Both the position numbers and the translations under genes were made by a program. Of a stretch of 64,000 nucleotides of DNA, positions 38,197 through 47,800 are shown one piece after another. The stretch comes from an uncultured delta proteobacterium (GTDB taxonomy: Bacteria; Myxococcota_A; Polyangia; Fen-1088). The stretch lies in NCBI GenBank assembly GCA_963796685.1, contig CAWCMR010000013.1:512001-576000 (forward strand), given 5' to 3'. Every line of letters begins with the position of its first letter. The stretch's first letter is position 1. Under the pieces are notes generated by a model. The model was not told where the DNA came from and made no database searches. It was given only the letters and a program-made list of their open reading frames with translations.

Positions 38197-38391
38197 ACCG
38201 GTCCCTAATTGGGCTCAAGGGAATGAAGAAACACACCCATCCGCGCAATGCTGACATTCCGCACGCCACCGTGCCAGCCGGAACCAACACCCGTTGGCAG
38301 GTCACGTTGGCCGGAAGGGGCCGCGGGCGGGCATCCGGGCTACGCGACAGGCGTCCTACGCTTCGGTAAGCGCTTCGTCCTACGATTCCTC

Positions 38392-40434
38392 CTACGATTC
38401 GTCGAGCGCTTCGTCGAGCACCTCGCGCACCTTGCACCGCAGGTCGTTCAGAGTGAACGGCTTGGTGATGAGGTGTGTTCCGGGATCGAGGGCTCCGTGG
38501 TTGTCGATGGCCTCGCCGGTGTAGCCCGACATGTACAGGATCCTGACATCCGGCCGTGCCTTTGCCAGTTGCTCCGCGAACACCCTGCCGCCCATCTCGG
38601 GCATCACCACGTCGGTCAGGACAAGATGAATCTTTTCCGACCTCTGTTCGCACATGCGGAGCGCCTCGATGCCATTCGAGGCCGCCAGCACGGTGTAGCC
38701 GGCGCGGGCCAACACTTGTTTCGCCAGATCGCGGACCGCAGGTTCGTCCTCGACGATGAGGATGGTTTCGTCGCCGGTCGTACGCACGGCGATCTGCGAG
38801 ATGGCGGGCGACGCCTGCTGGATGGCCGACTCGATGCGGGGCAAGAAGATCTTGAACGTCGTCCCCTTGCCGAGCTCGCTGCGGACAAGGACTTCCCCGC
38901 CGCTTTGCCGGACGATGCCGTAGACGGTCGACAAGCCGAGCCCCGTTCCCTTGCCGCGCTCCTTCGTAGTGAAGAACGGCTCGAAAATGCGCTCGCAGGT
39001 CCTGGCATCCATGCCACAGCCCGTGTCCGAGACCGCCACCATGACGTAAGGGCCTGGCTTGACCGTCGAGCCACCGAGGATGAAAGCATCGTCGAGCTCG
39101 ACGTTGGCGGTCTCGATGGTCAACCTGCCGCCGGTGGGCATGGCGTCGCGGGCATTCACCACCAGGTTCATGAGTACCTGTTCGATTTGGCTTGGGTCCG
39201 CCATCACGAAACCGAGATCGGGCGCAAGCGAAGGCACGATGGCGATGTCTTCGCCAAGAATGCGGTGGAGCATCTTCTCCAATTCGGTGGCCACGCGATT
39301 CAAATCGAGCGCCACGGGCTGCAGGATCTGCTTGCGACTGAATGCCAGGAGCTGCCGAATCAAGGTCGCGGCGCGGTCGGAGGCCTTCTTTACCTCGGCC
39401 AGTTGATGCCAGCGCGGATCCCCTTCGTCGGTGGCATCGAGCACGAGATCGGTGAAGGTCCCGATCACGTACAGCATGTTGTTGAAGTCGTGGGCGATGC
39501 CTCCAGCCAGGCTACCGATGGCTTCCATCTTCTGCGATGTGCGCAATTGATCCTTCAGCCGTTCGCGCTCCGTTTCCGCTTGCCTGTCCTGCGTGACATC
39601 CCTGACGACTTGGGCCAGGGAGACGACCTCGCCGTGCTCGTCCATGGTGGGCCATGCGACCAGGCTGTAGTACCTGCCGTTCTCTTCGTACTCGCCCATG
39701 CACGGTCTGCGTTCGGCGATGGATTGCAGGCACGGACAGCCCGCAATGGGGAAGCTCCTGCCATGCATCAGCTCGAAGCACTTCTTCCCCAGGATCTCCT
39801 CCCTCGGCCGAGCGAGCGCCAGGCAGCCGGCATGGTTGACTTCGAGGATGTCGTGCTCGCGTGAAAGCACGAACACCATGTCCGTGATGGCATTGAAGGT
39901 ATTGCCCCAATTTTCATTCGAGCGACGCAGGGCCGCCTCGACGCGCGTGCGCCCGGCCAGCTCCTTCTCGAGCTCGCGGGTGCGGAGCGCGACCTGCTCT
40001 TCCAGGTGTTCCTTTACCAGGCGCTGCATGCGATTGGCGGCCTTGAGCTTGACCATGGCCCGCAGCTGCGCCACCAGCTCCTGGTCGTTCCACGGCTTGC
40101 TCAAGAAGCCCTCGGCGCCAAGCTCAAGGGCCATCACCCGGCTTTCTTGATTGGTCCCGAGCGCGGTCAGGAAGATCACCGGAATATCCTTCATTCTTTC
40201 GTCCGCCTTGAGCCTGCGGCACACCTCGAAGCCGTCGATGTCCGGCATCACGATTTCGAGCAAGATCGCGTCCGGATCCTCGGCCCTGGCAATCTCGACG
40301 CCCGTGGCGCCTTCGAATGCGATCAACAATCGATAGCTGGGCAGGGCCTGGCCAAGCACGGCCTCCAGGGCGATGAGGTTGTCGCGGCGGTCGTCGATGG
40401 CGAGAATCTTGGGTCCCTTGGCATCCATGCGCAT
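38392..40434 (-). CDS. Hybrid histidine kinase (REC-PAS-HisKA-HATPase-REC)
   Basis: N-terminal receiver, PAS with GKKCFELMHG, AHDFNN, NARDAM, GKGTGLGL, C-terminal LTDVVMP receiver. Confidence 0.92.
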   Translation of the reverse strand: MRMDAKGPKILAIDDRRDNLIALEAVLGQALPSYRLLIAFEGATGVEIARAEDPDAILLEIVMPDIDGFEVCRRLKADERMKDIPVIFLTALGTNQESRVMALELGAEGFLSKPWNDQELVAQLRAMVKLKAANRMQRLVKEHLEEQVALRTRELEKELAGRTRVEAALRRSNENWGNTFNAITDMVFVLSREHDILEVNHAGCLALARPREEILGKKCFELMHGRSFPIAGCPCLQSIAERRPCMGEYEENGRYYSLVAWPTMDEHGEVVSLAQVVRDVTQDRQAETERERLKDQLRTSQKMEAIGSLAGGIAHDFNNMLYVIGTFTDLVLDATDEGDPRWHQLAEVKKASDRAATLIRQLLAFSRKQILQPVALDLNRVATELEKMLHRILGEDIAIVPSLAPDLGFVMADPSQIEQVLMNLVVNARDAMPTGGRLTIETANVELDDAFILGGSTVKPGPYVMVAVSDTGCGMDARTCERIFEPFFTTKERGKGTGLGLSTVYGIVRQSGGEVLVRSELGKGTTFKIFLPRIESAIQQASPAISQIAVRTTGDETILIVEDEPAVRDLAKQVLARAGYTVLAASNGIEALRMCEQRSEKIHLVLTDVVMPEMGGRVFAEQLAKARPDVRILYMSGYTGEAIDNHGALDPGTHLITKPFTLNDLRCKVREVLDEALDES

Positions 40435-40531
40435 CTCCCTGCTCGGCGGCTCAGACTAGCCCATCGTCCTCACCCTATCGGACGATCCGCCACCGATCCG
40501 AAGCGCAATTCGTACGAGTTTCGACACGTGA

Positions 40532-41470
40532 CTACGTCAAGAGCCAGCCCCTAACAAGGCGCGCCATGGCCGAAGGCACGAGGGGCTGATAGGAGCGAAG
40601 GTTGATCTCCTCGCGGCGAAACCAGGTGCGCTGCCGGCGAGCATAGGCCGCGGTGGCCGATTTGATGTCGGCCACGGCCGCCTCCAAGGTCGAGGCGCCG
40701 TCGAGATACGAGCCGAGCTGCTTGTAGCCGAGCGCCTGCATCGAGCGCGCGGCGGCAAAACCGGCCGTGCGCAAGGCACGGACCTCGTCGAGAAACCCGG
40801 CGGACATCATGTGGTCCACACGTGCGGCGATGCGCACACGCAAGGTATCCATGTCGAATTCGAGGAGCACGGAAAAGAGCCGCACCGGCGCAGGCGGAAC
40901 CGCCTTCTTGCGCCGCTGTTCGCTGATGGTGACACCGGTTTGCTCGTACACCTCCAGCGCGCGGCTGATACGCACGAGATCGCCGGGGAGGATTTTCGCG
41001 GCGGCCTCCGGATCGATGACGCGCAGTCGCTCGTGCAAGGCCGGGACGCCTTGTCTTCCGGCTTCCTCCTGATGGCGAGCGCGAATCGCCGGGTCGGGTC
41101 GTGGCGCCTCGAAGAGACCCCGCACGAGCGCCCGATAGTAGAGCCCCGTGCCTCCCACGACGATGGGCAGGCGTTCGCGCGCCTCGGCGTCTTGGATGAG
41201 CGTGCTTGCGGCCTTGGCCCACGCCGCGGCGTGAAATTGTTCGTCGGGCGCAACCAGATCGAGAAGGTGATGGGGAACCGCCGCGCGCTCCGTGGGCGTG
41301 GCCTTGGCCGTGCCGATGTCCATCCCGCGATAGACCTGCATCGAATCGCAGCACAGGATTTCGCCGCCCAGCCGTTCGGCCAGATCGAGAGCCAGCGCGC
41401 TCTTGCCCGAGGCCGTCGGGCCGAGAATCGCGACCGCGGGGGGAAGGCGGTGCGACCTGCCGGCCGACAT
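40532..41470 (-). CDS. miaA: tRNA dimethylallyltransferase
   Basis: GPTASGKS, DSMQVYRGMDIGTAK, VGGTGLY, RALEV, YARRQRTWF; directly downstream of mutL. Confidence 0.96.
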   Translation of the reverse strand: MSAGRSHRLPPAVAILGPTASGKSALALDLAERLGGEILCCDSMQVYRGMDIGTAKATPTERAAVPHHLLDLVAPDEQFHAAAWAKAASTLIQDAEARERLPIVVGGTGLYYRALVRGLFEAPRPDPAIRARHQEEAGRQGVPALHERLRVIDPEAAAKILPGDLVRISRALEVYEQTGVTISEQRRKKAVPPAPVRLFSVLLEFDMDTLRVRIAARVDHMMSAGFLDEVRALRTAGFAAARSMQALGYKQLGSYLDGASTLEAAVADIKSATAAYARRQRTWFRREEINLRSYQPLVPSAMARLVRGWLLT

Positions 41471-43341
41471 CAGGTTCGCCCCAGACGCTGCTCGATCTCG
41501 GCCACGGGCATGCGCAGAAGCACCGGACGCCCGTGCGGACAATGCGAGCGCAAATCCACGCCGTCGAGCTGGACGAGCAGCGCCAGCGCCTGTTCGCGGC
41601 TAATCACGTCGCCGGCGCGCAAGGCGCCGTGGCAGGCCATGGTCGCGAAGACCTTGTCGAAGCCGGCTTGAGCAAGCGTGTCCTGCGCGTCGCCGGTCAG
41701 CCCGGAAATCACGTCGAGCAGGAGAGGCTTGGGATCGACCTTCTTGAGCAGGTCTGGCACCGCGCGAAGGAGCAAGGTCTTGGGCCCGAAGTCCTCGACT
41801 TCGAAGCCAAGCTGACCGAGTGCCATCAGCGCACCGCCTTCGCGCACCGCCGCCATGGCCAGCTCGTCGATCTCGATGGGAATGGGAAAGAGCAGACGCT
41901 GGCGCGCGACCTGGCGCTGCCGATGAGACTGGCGCAGCCGCTCGAAGGTCACGCGTTCGTGGGCCGCGTGCTGGTCCACGATGACGAGCTCGTCCGCGGT
42001 TTCGCAGATGAGATAGGTGCGATGGATCTGCCCGATGTACTCCAGGCTACCGAAGAAGCCACCCGCGGCAGAGGGCGACTCGGGCGCCTCCCCGGATGCG
42101 CCACCTGCCGTCTCTCGCGGTGGCATTTCCCGCGGCAGATCCAGCCCCTCCACGGTGTGGGCGAGCCCCCGCGCTCGGGCTTGCGACAACGAACGCAAAG
42201 GCTCTTGCCAACCGCGGCTCTCCGTTTTGACTTGTGCCGGGACTGTCGCCTCGCCTGCGCCATCCACGCCAAGGTCCAGCCTTTCGGGCGGCAAGGTGTA
42301 CGCCCGCAGCGGGGCCGGTGGTAGCCACGGGGCGCGTGCCACCGCCGCGCCGACCACATGGCGAACGGCGCCGTACACTTCCTGCGGCCGGGCGAAACGC
42401 ACCTCCAGCTTCTGCGGGTGGACGTTCACGTCGAGCTCCTGCCCCGGCACATCGACGAAGAGCGCGGCCAGGGGGTAGCGCCCCTTCTCCAGAAGCTCGC
42501 CATATCCCATGCCGAGCGCATGGAGCAGCGAGCGGTCGCGCACGAAGCGCTTGGCGACGAACAAGAAGGTCGAGCGCGGCGTGGCTGACGCTTCTTCCGG
42601 GGCGGCCAGAAATGCTCGCACGACCACACCGGCTTCCTGGCCTTGGGCCTCGTGCAGCAGGCTTGCCCCGCGGCGGGCCAGGGCCGCGCGCACCCGTTCG
42701 CCCATGTCGCGATGGGGAGGCAGATCCAGCACCACCCGGCCGTTGCCGCGCAATCGGAAATGGATCTCGGGGTGGGCGATGGCCAGGCGAAGGACGGCCT
42801 CGGCCACATTGGCCGCCTCGGTGGCCTCGGACTTCATGAACTTGAGGCGAGCCGGGGTGTTCCAGAACAGATCGCGCACCTCGATCTGGGTACCGTCGGG
42901 CATGCCCACGTCGCCGCTGCTGGTCTCGATCCCCGCCTCATAGCCCAAGCTGAAGCCGGCCGTGCTGCCCGGGCGCTTGGTGCGCAAGGTGAGCCTCGAC
43001 ACCGCCGCGATGGATGGCAAGGCCTCGCCGCGAAAGCCGAACGTGGTCAGCCCCCACAAGTCGTCCGGGGATAGGATCTTCGAGGTGGCGTGCCGCAGCA
43101 GCGCCAAGCGTGTTTCCTCGGCGGTCATGCCGCCGCCGTCGTCCACCACGCGAATGAGGCGCCGGCCGCCGGCATCGATTTCGATGTCGATGCGGCGGGC
43201 CCCCGCATCGATGGAATTTTCGGCCAGCTCCTTCACCACCGAGGCTGGACGCTCGACCACCTCGCCCGCCGCGATCTGGTCCGCCAGCGTGCGCGGCAAG
43301 ACGTGAACGCGCGGCGCGGGCGACGACGATGAAGTCTCCAT
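41470..43341 (-). CDS. mutL: DNA mismatch repair endonuclease MutL
   Basis: IAAGEVVERP, HATSK, GFRGEAL, DVNVHP, endonuclease motif DQHAAHER, ACH, CPHGRP. Confidence 0.96.
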   Translation of the reverse strand: METSSSSPAPRVHVLPRTLADQIAAGEVVERPASVVKELAENSIDAGARRIDIEIDAGGRRLIRVVDDGGGMTAEETRLALLRHATSKILSPDDLWGLTTFGFRGEALPSIAAVSRLTLRTKRPGSTAGFSLGYEAGIETSSGDVGMPDGTQIEVRDLFWNTPARLKFMKSEATEAANVAEAVLRLAIAHPEIHFRLRGNGRVVLDLPPHRDMGERVRAALARRGASLLHEAQGQEAGVVVRAFLAAPEEASATPRSTFLFVAKRFVRDRSLLHALGMGYGELLEKGRYPLAALFVDVPGQELDVNVHPQKLEVRFARPQEVYGAVRHVVGAAVARAPWLPPAPLRAYTLPPERLDLGVDGAGEATVPAQVKTESRGWQEPLRSLSQARARGLAHTVEGLDLPREMPPRETAGGASGEAPESPSAAGGFFGSLEYIGQIHRTYLICETADELVIVDQHAAHERVTFERLRQSHRQRQVARQRLLFPIPIEIDELAMAAVREGGALMALGQLGFEVEDFGPKTLLLRAVPDLLKKVDPKPLLLDVISGLTGDAQDTLAQAGFDKVFATMACHGALRAGDVISREQALALLVQLDGVDLRSHCPHGRPVLLRMPVAEIEQRLGRT

Positions 43342-43357
43342 GCCGGCCAAGGATATC

Positions 43358-43458
43358 ACCACAGAGGACACAGAGGACACAGAGGCCGGAGAAGAAGGGG
43401 TTTCCGGATCCGAATCCGAACTATCCCCACTTCGTCCGAGCTCTGTGTCCTCTGTGGT
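43358..43458. repeat. 101-bp intergenic element with 18-bp perfect terminal inverted repeats built from 9-bp units (REP/MITE-like)
   Basis: acc-(acagaggac)x2-acagagg at the left end; ctctgtgtcctctgtggt (43441-43458) is the exact reverse complement of 43358-43375. Confidence 0.8.
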
Positions 43459-43480
43459 TAAACTCCGGATCCCGCGAACG

Positions 43481-44089
43481 CTATCGCTTCGCTGGGCCGA
43501 AGTTCTTGCCCACGAGGTAGAGCTCGCTGCTCGTCTGGCGCGAGGCTTCGGGTTTGAGCAGGCGCACGTCGGAAAAGTGGTCAGCCATGCGCTTGCGCAG
43601 CCTATCGACCTCCGGGCTTTGGAAGACCTTGGCCACGAACGCCCCCAGCGGTGCGAGCAGTCGCTCGGCGCGCAGCAGCGCTTCCTCGACCAGACCGGCC
43701 GAGCGCGCCTGGTCAGTGGCGCGAATGCCGGTGGTGTCCGGCGCCATGTCCGACAGCACCACATCGTACGCCGCCAACCCGCAAAGCAATTCCTCGTCCG
43801 ACAGGGTGTAGATGTCGGCCTCGATCACGTGGGCGCCGGGCACAGGAGAGGGCAAGGGCAGACGGTCCACGCCCACGACCTTGCCGTATGGGCCCACGGC
43901 CTTGCACGCGTACTGCATCCACGAGCCCGGCCGGCAACCGAGGTCGAGCACGCGCGCGCCAGGGTGAAACAGGCGCACGCGGCGGTCGATGTCCTCGAGC
44001 TTGTACACGGCACGCGCCGCGAAGCCCTCGTTCCGCGCCTTGCGGAAAAAGGCGTCGTGGCGGTGCTTGCGGTCGCGGAGCTGGCCCAC
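43481..44089 (-). CDS. rlmE: 23S rRNA Um2552 methyltransferase (RlmE/FtsJ)
   Basis: RAVYKL, VLDLGCRPGSW, VLSDMAP, FVAKVF, KPEASR..S.ELY (K-D-K-E tetrad). Confidence 0.92.
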   Translation of the reverse strand: MGQLRDRKHRHDAFFRKARNEGFAARAVYKLEDIDRRVRLFHPGARVLDLGCRPGSWMQYACKAVGPYGKVVGVDRLPLPSPVPGAHVIEADIYTLSDEELLCGLAAYDVVLSDMAPDTTGIRATDQARSAGLVEEALLRAERLLAPLGAFVAKVFQSPEVDRLRKRMADHFSDVRLLKPEASRQTSSELYLVGKNFGPAKR

Positions 44090-44101
44090 CCGAAGAGGCG
44101 G

Positions 44102-44851
44102 CTACTTCTTCTGAGCCGCGGTCTGGCCCTTCTTGGAGGCCTTCATCGGGTTCTTGGACTCGACCTCTTTGATAGCCTGAGGAACGATGTACTTCTTCAC
44201 GTTCTTCGTGCTGCCCTTGAGGACGACGACGCCGTTGATGGGGCCGGGAACCGAGCCCTTCACGATGACGACGTTCTTGTCTTCGAGAACCTTCACCACC
44301 ACGAGATCCGAGGAGGTGTAGTTGTTGGTGCCCATGCGCGCGGACATGCGCTTGCCCTTGTGCACGCGGCCCGGGGTCAAACGGCAGCCGATGGAGCCAC
44401 CGTGACGGAAGAACTCGTGCGTACCGTGGGTGTCGGTGTCGCCAGCCATCTTGTGCAGCTTCATGACGCCCTGGTAGCCCTTGCCCTTGGTCACGCCAAC
44501 CACATCGACCACATCGCCGGCCTTGAAAATCTGGCCCGCGGTCAAGACATCGCCGACGTTGCGGGCGGCGACATCCTTGGCCTGGTCGAGGCGAATCTCG
44601 CGCAAGATGGCGGGCATCTTCTCGAGACCCGCCTTCTTGAAGTAACCCGATTCGGGACGGGTGATCTTGCGCGTCAGCTGCTCTTCGAATCCGAGCTGCA
44701 GGGCCGCATAGCCGTGCTTTTCGACCGTTCGTTGCCCGGTGACCACGCAGGGGCCGATCGAAAGAACGGTGCAGCCCAGCGACGATCCGTCGTCGTGGAA
44801 ATAGCGGGTCATCCCCAACTTGCGGCCGATTAGGCCCATCTTTTGTGACAT
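44102..44851 (-). CDS. rplC: 50S ribosomal protein L3
   Basis: GLIGRKLGMT, HGYAALQLG, VDVVGVTKGKGYQG, HG, GSIG, PGRVHKGKRM, VKGSVPG; GAGG RBS. Confidence 0.96.
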   Translation of the reverse strand: MSQKMGLIGRKLGMTRYFHDDGSSLGCTVLSIGPCVVTGQRTVEKHGYAALQLGFEEQLTRKITRPESGYFKKAGLEKMPAILREIRLDQAKDVAARNVGDVLTAGQIFKAGDVVDVVGVTKGKGYQGVMKLHKMAGDTDTHGTHEFFRHGGSIGCRLTPGRVHKGKRMSARMGTNNYTSSDLVVVKVLEDKNVVIVKGSVPGPINGVVVLKGSTKNVKKYIVPQAIKEVESKNPMKASKKGQTAAQKK

Positions 44852-44918
44852 GGTGTGCGAACCTCTTGAAAGACGTGGGTTTATAGTCGGCGGCCACCGG
44901 AAGGTCAAGTTGCACAAC

Positions 44919-47031
44919 TCATCGGGCCGGCGATTTATCGGGCGGCTTGCTCTCGATGAGATCCGTGAAGTCCTTCGTGAAGGTCAGCGGGCCCAAAATC
45001 AACTCGATCTCGCGGTCCATGGGCGAGGCGTCGAGCGGGGTTTCCTCGGGCGTGTGGGGCTTGAAAACCAGGTTCACGTTGGCCGTGGTCAGAGCATCGC
45101 GGTGCTCGGGCCTGGGGTAGTCGACTGCCCACGCGGCATCGCGCACGCAATCCTCGATGTCGCGATTGCCGAGCGTGGAGCTGAGCACAACCACGTTGTC
45201 CAGCTCTCCTCGCTCGAGGGTGAGCTCCAGTTTCATCCGACCGCGGAGATAGAGGTCACCGGCCTTGGCCACCCTGCGGGACAGGTAGCAGGCGCGCGCC
45301 CGGGGCATGAACCCCAGCGAAAGTGCGTTGCGCAGCACCGTGGGATCCATGCGACCGTGGACCACCGCCTCGCCGGTCGTGTTGGCCCGTACCGGCGGCG
45401 GCAGGATGTTGATGACCAAGTTGGCGTTTGCCCCGGACCAGGCCCGCCGCGCGCTCGCAGGTCCTGCCAGCAAGGGATCCAGCCATTCGCGCTTCGCCGG
45501 CGCCGGCGTCGTTTCCGCGTGCACCTCGGCATCGAGGCCCCGTGCGCTGAAGCGCACCCGTCGCTCCTTGGGCAGCCTCGCCGGATCGTCGAAGGCCAGG
45601 CTGGCGCCCTGGCCAGGGGACAATACCTCGGCCAGCTTGGCACCATCCAGGCGCACATCGAGCAGATCCCCACCCCTGGCCATCGTGGCGAGAATTCCAC
45701 CCGCCGTCTCCGCCGCGTTGCCGGTCGGGATCGCGCGAACCATCCCGCCGAATTTTCGAGCAAAGCGTACATACTCCGCGACGTCAGCCCCTGGCACCGG
45801 ATCGTCGCCCGCTTGCCGAACCAACAACACCAATACCTTGAGCTTGCCCGCCTGGGCGCCGGCCAGCGCCTTTTGCATCCCCTCGGCGTTCTGATTGGCC
45901 GGCAGCGCGCCGTCCGTGAGCAGCACCAACCACGTGTTTCCGGCCGTCTCGTCGCCGCTCGCATCGAGGATGGCCCGCGCACGGGCGAGAGCCTTGGCCA
46001 CGTCGGTTCCGTTCTCCAGCCGGTTGGGGTCGGCGGCGCCGTCGAACGCCTCCAGCGCCTCGCGCGTCGGCATGCGCGGCAGCGGAAAGACGGGCGTGGC
46101 CTCGATGCCGAAGGGGATGGCATCGAACGGCACCGAGGGTGGCAAGGCCTCGATGAGCGCTCGGCCGAGCGCACGCTCCGTCGAGATCCCACCCTGCCCC
46201 GCGCTGCGCGAACGGTCGACGAGCAGGAGCACGCGTGCCGGAGGCTGGGTCTTGACAGGGGTGTCGTCCCGGCACAAAAGCCCCAATAGCTCGTATTGCT
46301 GAACCGTCTTCGGCCTGCGGCCGGTGGTGTCGATGCGCGGGACCCGCGCAGCCGCGGCCAGGGATTGCCCCGCGAGACCTTCGAGCGCGTGCGTGTAACG
46401 CCAGGCAATTTCCCAGGCTGCGCGCGCCGGAGCCGTCCCGCGCATGACCAGCGGGCGCCGGCCCGGCCGGAGGTCCGCCGCGTGCCCGGCCAGGCTGGCC
46501 TCGGCGAGCAGCAGTCCATCCGGCGAGGGGGCAAGGGTAACCGTCACCTCGGCCGGAAGCGGGTTCTCTTCAAGACTCTCGGGCATGCGCAAGACCAGCT
46601 GGCCGGACTTGCACCCGACGGCGGCCGAATACCGGTAGTGCAAGACGGCCTTCTCCCCGTCGACGATGGGCGTGACGTGAACCCGGTAGGCCGTCCCCTC
46701 CTCCACCGGCGCAGCGGGCATGGCCAGTTGGCGCATCTTGAGCGCGACCGCCAGTCCCGCGCTGACACGCACCTCGGATTCCGGCGCAAGACGCGTTCGC
46801 CCGGCGCGGTCGATCAGCTCCCAATCGAGCAGCGCGGAGCCCTCGGGCAAGGCGGAGATCCAGGAAGGTGCCGTTGCGCCGATTTCCCACGACACGGGTA
46901 TTTGCCTCGACCGTGCGCCACACTTCGACCATGGCCAGCGGCCCCTCGATGCGCACCTCGACCTTGTGAACCGAAGGCTCACGCCCCTGAGGCGAAACAA
47001 AGAGAAGCACAAGCGGCAACCAGACGTGCAT
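44919..47031 (-). CDS. Secreted VIT-like + vWA domain protein with AgmX/PglI-like C-terminus; +1 frameshift near 46855
   Basis: N-terminus MHVWLPLVLL..VEVRIEGPLAMVEV joins DL-ALPEGSAL. MIDAS-like DRSRS and LLTDG; C-terminal RARACY...GRMKLELTL...CV. Confidence 0.7.
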
Positions 47032-47083
47032 CGGAATGGCTTCCGAGTGTAGATCAAATGGCCACCATCCAATGCGAAACCGC

Positions 47084-47755
47084 ATGCGAAAAACCGACGC
47101 CGATCCGCTGCGCTGTCCGCGCTGCCGCCTGCACACCGATCTGTGCGCCTGCGCGTTGTTGGCACCGATCGCTATCGCAACCCAAGTCGTCCTGGTCACG
47201 CACAAGCTCGAGCACCGCAAGGCCACCAACACGGGCCACTTGGCCGTTTCGTGCCTGAACGGGGCGCACCTGTGTTTGCGCGGCCGCGAGGATGTGCCCG
47301 ACGATCCCGTGGTGTGGGAGGCGGGCCGCACGCCGCTCTTCCTGTTTCCCAGCCGGGACTCGCTGCCCCTCGATGACTGGCTGTCGGCGCAGGCAAGGAA
47401 GCCGAGCGCGATTGCCTTGATCGTCCCCGACGGGACCTGGCGCCAGGCGAACCGGGTGCGCCGGCGTGTGCCCGGCTTGGCTGATATCCAGGCCGTCAGC
47501 CTGCCTGCCAGCGAAAAGTCCTACTACCGGTTGCGCCACACCCATCTCGGAAATCGCCTGGCCACCTTCGAGGCCATCGCCTTGGCCCTCGGCATCTTGG
47601 AAGGCCCGGTCATCCAGGAGCGCCTTTCCCTAGTCTTCCGTACCGTCGTCGACCGGGCGCTTTGGAGCAATGGACGGGTCAGCGGTCAGGAGGTTACAGG
47701 GGGGATCCCGGAAGGTGCGCGCCAGGACGGCCCGGCCAACGGCGGCTCACCATGA
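47084..47755 (+). CDS. DTW-domain protein (tRNA-uridine aminocarboxypropyltransferase TapT-like)
   Basis: RCPRC...LCAC, H..E..KATNTG, LFP, PDGTW, Y.LR, LATFEA. Confidence 0.88.
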   Translation: MRKTDADPLRCPRCRLHTDLCACALLAPIAIATQVVLVTHKLEHRKATNTGHLAVSCLNGAHLCLRGREDVPDDPVVWEAGRTPLFLFPSRDSLPLDDWLSAQARKPSAIALIVPDGTWRQANRVRRRVPGLADIQAVSLPASEKSYYRLRHTHLGNRLATFEAIALALGILEGPVIQERLSLVFRTVVDRALWSNGRVSGQEVTGGIPEGARQDGPANGGSP

Positions 47756-47800
47756 CTTGATTCTTGGGCCAGGCCGCGCTACGCGTATGTCGCATAACCT

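Noticed and set aside
38261-38276. TGGCAC-GGTGGC-GTGC on the minus strand upstream of the FHA-bEBP, as a sigma54 promoter
   Set aside because: GG-to-GC spacing is 11 nt rather than the required 10.
38355-38420. Short repeats (cctacgattc x2, agcgcttcgtc x2) at the kinase 3' end
   Set aside because: Local micro-duplication of the gene end; too short and irregular for CRISPR or an att site.
9485-43458. CRISPR array interpretation of the 8-bp and 9-bp tandem repeats
   Set aside because: The units are contiguous with no spacers, and no cas genes are present.
41470-43764. N-terminally extended MutL (764 aa), and similar extensions of HrpB, the kinase, TrpF and TrpG in the ORF track
   Set aside because: The extensions overlap upstream genes or the repeat element; homology begins at the downstream starts used here.
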